Shown: positions 30,348-35,745 of the stretch, one piece after another | How the letters are laid out: each line of letters starts with the position of its first letter | Numbering within the stretch: position 1 is the first letter of the stretch | From: a virus | Strand: one strand, 5' to 3' | IMG/VR virus record: IMGVR_UViG_3300016476_000979 | Location: 1 to 35,745 of that record | DNA: 35,745 nucleotides | The notes under the pieces: generated by a model | What the model was told of the DNA's origin: nothing | The model's database searches: none | The model's input: the letters and a program-made list of their open reading frames with translations, nothing else | Position numbers and translations under genes: made by a program

Positions 30348-30730
30348 GCTGCAACTTCTGGTGCTTCGACCGTCGGTCGGTCACCACGCGGGGCTTGTAT
30401 TGCGGTAAGGCCAAGGCTTTCGCCCAGCCGTTCCTTGACTTGGGCGATGCGCGCGTCGGCATCTTCTTTCTCATGCACCACCTCGCAAGCAATCGCGGCA
30501 TAGCCCGCAATGTCGACCCAGCTATCGACGTGACGGCCTTTGCTGTGCTTGAGCCGCACGCATTTCTGAATGATCTCAAGGATCGCTACGTCATGCGCGT
30601 GCACAGGCGTGCCGAGATAGGTGGCCATCAATTCAGCCATCGCGTTCAACGAGGCGCTTGGCTTGCCGTATTCCCCTTCCCGGCCTTGCGTCACTTTCGT
30701 TGCGGCTTCGAGCACTTGCCTTCTGTTCAT
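30344..30730 (-). CDS. Conserved phage protein (DUF6378-like pattern), 128 aa
   Basis: VLEAATKVTQGREGEYGKPSASLNAMAELMATYLG...DVAILEIIQKCVRLKHS resembles the G.R...YG...F..IA...L ... K..R pattern. The family name is from memory and unverified. Confidence 0.6.
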   Translation of the reverse strand: MNRRQVLEAATKVTQGREGEYGKPSASLNAMAELMATYLGTPVHAHDVAILEIIQKCVRLKHSKGRHVDSWVDIAGYAAIACEVVHEKEDADARIAQVKERLGESLGLTAIQAPRGDRPTVEAPEVAA

Positions 30731-30974
30731 TCAGCACCTGATGAATGTCGCGCGCCATGCGCTTGATGTTGACGTAAACCATGTCGCACAACTCGAACTC
30801 CTCGCCGCCAAACTGTTCGGCAAGAAACTGGCAGCGTTCGGCCTCGATGCGAAGTTTGCGCATGACAGTGCGAATGGTGGCACGGTCATGCAGCGGGATC
30901 TCAAGCCGCAAAGATTGCGGGTAGATCTTGCGCTGGAATTTGCGCTTAGGCAGCTTCGGTGGCCTGGGTTGCAC
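30633..30974 (-). CDS. Hypothetical protein; 3' end uncertain (98-nt overlap with the next gene)
   Basis: GTG start. Codon usage is normal down to about 30730. Downstream of the next gene's ATG it turns to rare codons (agt, cga, agg, gga, ata). Confidence 0.4.
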   Translation of the reverse strand: MQPRPPKLPKRKFQRKIYPQSLRLEIPLHDRATIRTVMRKLRIEAERCQFLAEQFGGEEFELCDMVYVNIKRMARDIHQVLNEQKASARSRNESDARPGRGIRQAKRLVERDG

Positions 30975-31395
30975 GGGCTAAATCCCTATAGACAGCAAAC
31001 GCAAAAGCGCGCAGTTTCTGGTCGGACTCGGCGAGCGCCTTGGCTTCCCATTGCGCGATGACATCAAGCAACTTGCGCTCATCAGTCAGTTGTAAAGCGG
31101 CACGCACTTCTAAGACGTGATGCGCGATAGCCCCCTGCCCTTGATCGATCATGGCTTGCGCGCGCTCGATGCCGTGCATGACCGTGGTGTGGTCTTTGCG
31201 AAAGCACTTGCCAATGGTCGGATAGGATTTGAGCAGATAATGGCGGGCAATATACCAGACCACCCAACGCGCTTGACTGATTTTCACCGTGCGCCGTTCG
31301 CCATAGAGATCCACCAACGGCACGCCGGTCACAATGCTGGTGGCTTTGGCCACATCGCTGATCTTGGGCAGCGTTGGAATATCGACCACGATCAT
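30946..31395 (-). CDS. DnaA domain IV (C-terminal DNA-binding domain)-only protein
   Basis: ISQARWVVWYIARHYLLKSYPTIGKCFRKDHTTVMHGIERAQAMI matches the DnaA C-terminal HTH (R.IAMYL.R.LT..S...IG..F.RDHTTV.HA). ATGA-coupled to the ardC-like gene. Confidence 0.8.
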   Translation of the reverse strand: MIVVDIPTLPKISDVAKATSIVTGVPLVDLYGERRTVKISQARWVVWYIARHYLLKSYPTIGKCFRKDHTTVMHGIERAQAMIDQGQGAIAHHVLEVRAALQLTDERKLLDVIAQWEAKALAESDQKLRAFAFAVYRDLARATQATEAA

Positions 31396-32243
31396 GCGGC
31401 AATCCTCTCTCCGATGCGCGATTGGGCTTTGAGATAGGCGACGGCTTTCGCAGCTTGGCTGGCCGCCGTGACAAGCGCCCGCTTGTCTTTCTTCATCAGG
31501 CCGAGCCATGCTTTGAGATAGGCAGCATGATCCTCGCGCACGACATTGGCGATGGACCAGTCCGCAGAGAGGAAGGCCGCCCCCATCTCGGCGATCAATT
31601 CCTCGGCGGCATAGGCGTCGGACTTAAAGCGGGTCGACAGTTCGCGGTTGAGCCGGGCCTTGGCCCCGGTCCAGTGGATCAGCTCATGGAAGGCGGTTGA
31701 ATAATAATGCTCGGCGGTGTTGAAGCGCTCGAGCGCAGGCATATGGATGACATCTTGCGCCGGGATATAGCAGGCGCGCTGGCCTTGCTCGATCAGGCTT
31801 GCGCCCGTGGCGCGCAAGAACGCTTCGATCTCTGGCGCACGGTCATGGTGCTTGGGTTCGAACACCGGGGTCGGCGCAGCGCTTTCGACCTGAGCCGGGT
31901 TGAACACATAAGACACCCGCGCAACGATCCGGCTTTCCTCGTCGCCATTGTCGTTGGCCGCTTCGTATTGCTTGAAGAATATAATCGGCGTGCCTTTTTC
32001 GCCTTTGCGCACCTTGGCCCCTTGCGTTTGCCATTGCTTGAAGGTGGCCCAGCGATTGTCCTCATAGCCACGCAGCTGCGCAGTGATCCAGCACATGAAC
32101 ACGTTGCAGCCCTGATACTCATGGCCCGACACGGCATTGCGCGGCATGGTCAGACGGCTGCGATGCCAGGGCGGCGTCCACTCCCCGGCCTCATCGACCA
32201 GTTCAAGCATCCGGTCAGTGACAATCTGATACGCGTCGGACAT
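31392..32243 (-). CDS. ardC: ArdC-like antirestriction protein (N-terminal ssDNA-binding DUF1738 domain plus zincin metalloprotease domain)
   Basis: The N-terminus runs TPPW... NAVSGHEYQGCNVFMCW...ATFKQW...GAKVRKGEKGTPIIFF. The C-terminus has the HELIHWTG metalloprotease motif. Confidence 0.85.
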   Translation of the reverse strand: MSDAYQIVTDRMLELVDEAGEWTPPWHRSRLTMPRNAVSGHEYQGCNVFMCWITAQLRGYEDNRWATFKQWQTQGAKVRKGEKGTPIIFFKQYEAANDNGDEESRIVARVSYVFNPAQVESAAPTPVFEPKHHDRAPEIEAFLRATGASLIEQGQRACYIPAQDVIHMPALERFNTAEHYYSTAFHELIHWTGAKARLNRELSTRFKSDAYAAEELIAEMGAAFLSADWSIANVVREDHAAYLKAWLGLMKKDKRALVTAASQAAKAVAYLKAQSRIGERIAA

Positions 32244-32475
32244 GGCTGTTCTCCTTGGGTTCGAGCTTGACGACGAGGCCGAGATAATCGGCGAGCGCCA
32301 GCACGGTTGAGAGTTTGGGATCGGTGCGCCCTGTCTCGCAGTTGAGAATGGTCAGCCGCGAGATGCCGGTGTGATAGGCGGCAGTGTCGAGCGAGTCCTG
32401 CTTGGCCTGACGAACCGCGCGTAGCGCGCGGCCCATCGTGCGGAGTTGTTCGCGCAACTCAGAAAGGGACATCAT
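32215..32475 (-). CDS. XRE-family HTH protein (86 aa)
   Basis: LRAVRQAKQDSLDTAAYHTGISRLTILNCETGRTDPKLSTVLALADYLGL. Start at MMSLSEL (32475); the longer ORF to 32697 overlaps ssb with junk sequence. Confidence 0.65.
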   Translation of the reverse strand: MMSLSELREQLRTMGRALRAVRQAKQDSLDTAAYHTGISRLTILNCETGRTDPKLSTVLALADYLGLVVKLEPKENSHVRRVSDCH

Positions 32476-32851
32476 CGGCGTCGGCCATGGCGGGCATGGG
32501 TGTGGGAGCCGAGCCCCCTGCCCCATTCTCAGGACGCGAGAGCAATTGCACGTCGCCGCCAAAGGCGGGCACATGCACTTCGACGGCGAGTTTTTCGACG
32601 CCATCTTTCTGATAGGTGCGCTTCTCAAGCGTGCCGTCGATGTAGAGTTTCGAGCCCTTGGTGGCAAAGCCTTCCAAGAACTCGGATGTCTTTTCATTCC
32701 ACACCACGCAGTCGACCCACATCGTGGTCTTTTCTTTGTTGGCGTATTTGTTCACGGCGACCGAGAAGCGGGCGAACTTCTTGCCTGCTTGGGTGGTCTT
32801 GATTTCTGGCGGCTTGCCGAGATTGCCGATCAGTGTGACACGTGCGACCAT
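32459..32851 (-). CDS. ssb: Single-stranded DNA-binding protein
   Basis: OB-fold N-terminus MVARVTLIGNLGKPPEIKTTQAGKKFARFSVAVN and an acidic C-terminal tip DADDVPF. Confidence 0.9.
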   Translation of the reverse strand: MVARVTLIGNLGKPPEIKTTQAGKKFARFSVAVNKYANKEKTTMWVDCVVWNEKTSEFLEGFATKGSKLYIDGTLEKRTYQKDGVEKLAVEVHVPAFGGDVQLLSRPENGAGGSAPTPMPAMADADDVPF

Positions 32852-32863
32852 GATGGTTCCTCC

Positions 32864-33436
32864 TTACGCTGCGATTTCTTTTTGACGGGCGGCAAACAAT
32901 TGACGCAGCCGCGCCACTTCGGCGGGCGTCAGACTGTGCGAGTGCTTCTTGATTTCGGCGGCAGCGTCCGACATGCCGGGCGCATCAATGGCCAATGAGA
33001 TTGCCGCTTCGAGCGCAACCACCACGGGGTTGTTGAACACGGCGTTCTGATCTTCGTCGGGATCGTCGCCGGATTCGAGGCCGAGCGTTTTCAAGAGCGC
33101 ATATTTGACGGCATAGGACATGGCCTTGCCGGGGCCTTTGTCTTGGTCGTCAATGCCATAGCCAAAGGACGGCACATCGATGCGGTCATTGGGGTCATCG
33201 ATGTTGGCGAAGCGCACGACAATGTGTGCGTCGGTGCGGTTGCCGGTTTGGCCATGCGTGAGCAGCACCGGATAATAGATCACGCCCTCATCGAGCAAAG
33301 CCGGGCGCACCTTGGCAGTGACCGCATCGTGGCTGACGATGCTGTAACGCATGCCCTGCTTTTTTTCTTTCTGAATATACGACACGGATCGCATAGCTGC
33401 GGCAATCCGCTGATGTAAATTACGAGATTCAGACAT
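32864..33436 (-). CDS. erf: ERF-family single-strand annealing recombinase
   Basis: [20 protein letters not shown]...[22 protein letters not shown] and [38 protein letters not shown] fit the ERF pattern. Start at MSESRN (33436). The first ~80 nt are A/T-rich, unlike the rest of the gene. Confidence 0.8.
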   Translation of the reverse strand: MSESRNLHQRIAAAMRSVSYIQKEKKQGMRYSIVSHDAVTAKVRPALLDEGVIYYPVLLTHGQTGNRTDAHIVVRFANIDDPNDRIDVPSFGYGIDDQDKGPGKAMSYAVKYALLKTLGLESGDDPDEDQNAVFNNPVVVALEAAISLAIDAPGMSDAAAEIKKHSHSLTPAEVARLRQLFAARQKEIAA

Positions 33437-33776
33437 TTTGTTTTCTCCTATGAGCACGCCACCGATCTTTATTGTTATCGGATGCTGTGCCTGCGTAGAG
33501 GTGATTTGGATTTACACAGATGCGATTATCGCAGCGGTGACAAACATAATGTTTGTCAGGAATTTGGCCGTGATAAATTTCATAGCTTGCGCGATGGGCA
33601 TAAAGCCAACCGCCTGTTGATGGTTTTCGGATGACGCCGTAACCGTTTTTCCAGACAACGCCGGTCCATAGCCAACATCCCGAATTTGGTTCAGGTATAT
33701 ATTTACTCTCGAATCTTGCATCGAGGTCTGTTGGTTTACGACCTTGACGTGGTCCGTTGTGAACACCTTTAGGCAC
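33350..33776 (-). mobile_element. Low-GC island carrying a free-standing HNH homing endonuclease gene plus a recoded erf 5' end
   Basis: Hand count is 25/60 G+C in line 33541, versus about 60 percent in flanking genes. The island is bounded upstream by a 21-codon remnant that duplicates the erf N-terminus. Confidence 0.65.
33429..33776 (-). CDS. HNH homing endonuclease (HNH_3 type)
   Basis: GCWLWTG...NGYGVI...[14 protein letters not shown]....[24 protein letters not shown] is the classic HNH_3 motif set. GTG start. Confidence 0.85.
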   Translation of the reverse strand: MPKGVHNGPRQGRKPTDLDARFESKYIPEPNSGCWLWTGVVWKNGYGVIRKPSTGGWLYAHRASYEIYHGQIPDKHYVCHRCDNRICVNPNHLYAGTASDNNKDRWRAHRRKQNV

Positions 33777-33834
33777 GGATCACCTTCTGCATGGCAGCGG
33801 CGATGCGCTGGTGCAGATTGCGGGTCTCAGTCAT
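33769..33834 (-). pseudogene. Remnant of the original erf 5' end (21 codons), displaced by the HNH island
   Basis: [21 protein letters not shown] compares with the erf N-terminus [18 protein letters not shown]. The remnant uses GC-rich codons and keeps the ATGA coupling to the upstream gene (33831-33834). Confidence 0.65.
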
Positions 33835-34019
33835 GGTGCAGTCTCCAATGTCAGTTCAATATCTTTGAGGCGGACGCTTTCTACGCATTCAGGACAATGC
33901 GCACTGTCGGGATAGCAATCGACCATGCGCCAATCTTGTTTGTGTTTGTCCCACACGGCGGTTGCTTCGATGCTGACATCTTCGCTCCCGCACTGTTCAC
34001 AAACGATCTTATATTTCAT
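33831..34019 (-). CDS. Small zinc-ribbon protein (62 aa)
   Basis: MKYKIVCEQCGSEDV...DSAHCPECVESV carries two CxxC pairs. Start chosen at 34019, just inside the 3' end of the upstream gene. Confidence 0.6.
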   Translation of the reverse strand: MKYKIVCEQCGSEDVSIEATAVWDKHKQDWRMVDCYPDSAHCPECVESVRLKDIELTLETAP

Positions 34020-34296
34020 CGTTGCCCCCATAGTGTCCGTAATCTTCGTCGGTGCCGAAGCCTGCCGAGGCCAGCGCTTGACTGTCGGCATAGTTGTCAT
34101 TGTCGGCAGACCATTCCGCTTCGCGCGCATTGTCGTTTACAGCCAGCGCCTCGTCGTGTTCTTCGATGCGGTTGAGCGCATCGGTCGCCAGCTTGAGCAG
34201 CCGCACATCAGAGGTGTGCGCCATCACGCTCGTCGCCAAATCTTCCAGCATGTCGAGCGCTTCGATATGATTGAGAACGGCGTTAAGTTTGGGCAT
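34009..34296 (-). CDS. Hypothetical acidic protein (95 aa)
   Basis: MPKLNAVLNHIEALDMLEDLATSVMAHTSDVRLLKLATDALNRIEEHDEALAVNDNAREAEW... Confidence 0.6.
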   Translation of the reverse strand: MPKLNAVLNHIEALDMLEDLATSVMAHTSDVRLLKLATDALNRIEEHDEALAVNDNAREAEWSADNDNYADSQALASAGFGTDEDYGHYGGNDEI

Positions 34297-34627
34297 TGAA
34301 TCCCTCCTGTGTGCAGCGCCAGATCGTGTGCGCCCTGCCCTTTTGGATCCGCATCTTCGATGAATCTTCGATCAGCCCGAGCCGCACCAATTCGGCGCGC
34401 CGCGTGCGATAGGTAGAGCCTGCATTGTTGAAGTGCTTGGCGAGATCGAGGTCGGTGAACCCGATGAACCCGCAGCCCTGCGCATAGGCCAGCACCTCTG
34501 CTTGCAGCTTGCGGAGCTTCGGCACCACGCGCTCAGCCGCCATGCGGCTTGTTTCAGGGTCGGTGTTCCGGTGCAGCGTGCGCGCCTGCTGTTCGAGCAT
34601 GACGCCCAGCATGTCAGCCATTGTCAT
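34283..34627 (-). CDS. Winged-helix DNA-binding protein (114 aa)
   Basis: LQAEVLAYAQGCGFIGFTDLDLAKHFNNAGSTYRTRRAELVRLGLIEDS is MarR/wHTH-like. Start at MTMADML (34627); the longer ORF to 34786 overlaps the exonuclease gene with Ser/Pro/Arg junk. Confidence 0.6.
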   Translation of the reverse strand: MTMADMLGVMLEQQARTLHRNTDPETSRMAAERVVPKLRKLQAEVLAYAQGCGFIGFTDLDLAKHFNNAGSTYRTRRAELVRLGLIEDSSKMRIQKGRAHTIWRCTQEGFNAQT

Positions 34628-35456
34628 TGGCGGCTTCCTTCTGTGCGCGGATGGTGATGCGCCCGCGCTTGTCGCGCTTGGCGATGACGCCGTGGCCGTA
34701 AGCCTCGCCGACATCGGGGGCGATGAAGGATTTGAGATCGTCCTTGGCGACCTCGAACTCGCGCGCCGCCTGTTGGTAGGCGACAAATCGGCCGGCCGCG
34801 TCGGACCACATATTGACGGCGGTCATGTCGGCGATGCGCATACCATCGACCTTGATGGCTTCGGCCTGCTTGGCGATCCGCCCAAGCTCGCCGGTCGGGG
34901 CGATGTCGGGGGCGACCTGTTCGGTGACATGCCACCAGAAGGATTTCTCCATGGCGATGAGCCGGTCGATATAGAGATCGTCACGCTCGACCACGACGTG
35001 GCGCGGTTCTTCATTGCCGGGAATGATCGAGAAATAGCAGCGGCTACACCCGCTCACCGCCATGTAGTGCTGCAGTTGCGGCATGTAATAGCGGGCTTTG
35101 TCCCAGGCCGAGGCCCCTCCCCGCGTGTGTTTGAGCTCGATGAAGCATTGTTCGGACGGCAGCCAGCCATCGAGATTGGCGAGCATCCAATCATGGTCCC
35201 GCCCCGTCAGCGTGTGATCGACCGTCTCGACATCGAGCCCGGTCTGGCGAGAGAACCATGCGGCATGGAAGCTTTCGGTGAAGATCCCAAGCTGCACCTT
35301 GAAGATGTTGGACAGATCTTCGGGCTGCGCTTCGCCGCGCTTCTCGCGATAGAGGCTGAGCCAGTCGCCAGCCATGATGCGCATGGCGTCCGAGCCGCCA
35401 ATGCCTTGGTTGCGGGGCAGACGGATCGGTGATTCCACAAGGGCTGAAAGGGTCAT
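34614..35456 (-). CDS. YqaJ-type viral recombinase exonuclease (lambda Exo-like)
   Basis: The N-terminal GIGGSDAMRIMAG motif and PD-(D/E)xK-type core (DGW...CFIELKHT) fit, with 280 aa. AGGAGGAGAG precedes the ATG. Confidence 0.85.
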   Translation of the reverse strand: MTLSALVESPIRLPRNQGIGGSDAMRIMAGDWLSLYREKRGEAQPEDLSNIFKVQLGIFTESFHAAWFSRQTGLDVETVDHTLTGRDHDWMLANLDGWLPSEQCFIELKHTRGGASAWDKARYYMPQLQHYMAVSGCSRCYFSIIPGNEEPRHVVVERDDLYIDRLIAMEKSFWWHVTEQVAPDIAPTGELGRIAKQAEAIKVDGMRIADMTAVNMWSDAAGRFVAYQQAAREFEVAKDDLKSFIAPDVGEAYGHGVIAKRDKRGRITIRAQKEAANDNG

Positions 35457-35478
35457 GGTCTCTCCTCCTGACCGTTAG

Positions 35479-35532
35479 ATTATACTGCATGTATGCAGCA
35501 TTTGAAAGACGACTATACCTGCATCTATGCAG
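35479..35532 (-). promoter_or_regulatory. Early-left promoter with two copies of the 14-bp palindrome
   Basis: Minus strand: TTTCAA(35507-35502)-17-TATAAT(35484-35479). CTGCATGTATGCAG (35485-35498) fills the spacer. A second copy, CTGCATCTATGCAG, lies at 35519-35532. Confidence 0.65.
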
Positions 35533-35535
35533 TTA

Positions 35536-35745
35536 TCACAGGCGCAGAGCGTGGCCATTGGCCCGAACTAGGCGTTCGTCCCAGAGTTGCAAAAGCTGCA
35601 CGGTTTTTTCAGCAGCAGCATGGAACTCGGCGGGCAACGGTAAATTTGGGTAGCGATGTGTGCGAATGAGGGTGCGCGCCGCCTCATCGAAGGCGATGGC
35701 GGGCAAATCTTGCAGCGCATGAATGTATCCGCGCAGCCCAAGATC
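35536..35745 (-). CDS. Hypothetical protein, 3' part of the junction-spanning gene (see 1..103)
   Basis: Stop TGA at 35538-35536. The reading frame is continuous with 103..1 once the 22-bp duplicate is removed. Confidence 0.65.
   Translation of the reverse strand, partial: DLGLRGYIHALQDLPAIAFDEAARTLIRTHRYPNLPLPAEFHAAAEKTVQLLQLWDERLVRANGHALRL
35724..35745. repeat. Terminal direct repeat identical to 1..22
   Basis: Exact 22/22 match to the first 22 bases of the window. Confidence 0.9.

Noticed and set aside
35569-35745. Alternative junction-spanning frame starting with an ATG that overlaps the initiator stop (ATGA at 125-128). It gives MTQCLACGRCTHPRRRRRSARH...
   Set aside because: The Cys/Arg-rich composition is typical of an off-frame reading. 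The neighbouring frame gives a normal protein sequence of 96 aa.

Overview
This window is a complete ~35.7-kb temperate phage genome. It is circularly closed: the two ends share a 22-bp overlap and an ORF reads through the join. The virion genes are T7-like (podophage). The host is GC-rich and probably an alphaproteobacterium. That host call is an inference from the GTA-type 3-TM holin, the GH108 endolysin, a DnaA-domain-IV gene and the promoter style.

Plus strand, 5138-26458: terS, four tiny translationally coupled genes, terL, portal, scaffold, a GNAT acetyltransferase and the major capsid protein. Then come tail tubular proteins A and B and three internal-virion/ejection proteins. One ejection protein has an M15 peptidase domain; another is 1484 aa and carries a low-GC insert. 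The strand ends with the tail fibre, holin(s) and endolysin.

Minus strand: a Xer-like integrase (27339-26455) and an attP-like gap. A long leftward early operon runs from 35456 down to 27607. It encodes a YqaJ exonuclease, an HNH island, Erf, SSB, ArdC, a DnaA-C protein, small paralogues and an HTH-metallophosphoesterase. Across the join lies the cro-like/replication operon (1950 down to 35536), with iterons inside the initiator gene. A CI-like repressor (2031-2630) faces the cro-like gene. I saw no phage RNA polymerase, tRNA, rRNA or CRISPR array.

Most notable observations:
- A ~390-bp foldback palindrome (4560-4952) fills the only large non-coding gap.
- A 14-bp palindrome, CTGCAT-N2-ATGCAG, occurs seven times and only in intergenic DNA; it forms an operator network.
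- An HNH homing-endonuclease island has duplicated the 5' end of erf.
- A low-GC module inside the ejection protein opens with an LYHGT (ART/Tpt1-like) motif.

All functional calls rest on reading the translated motifs. No database searches were run.
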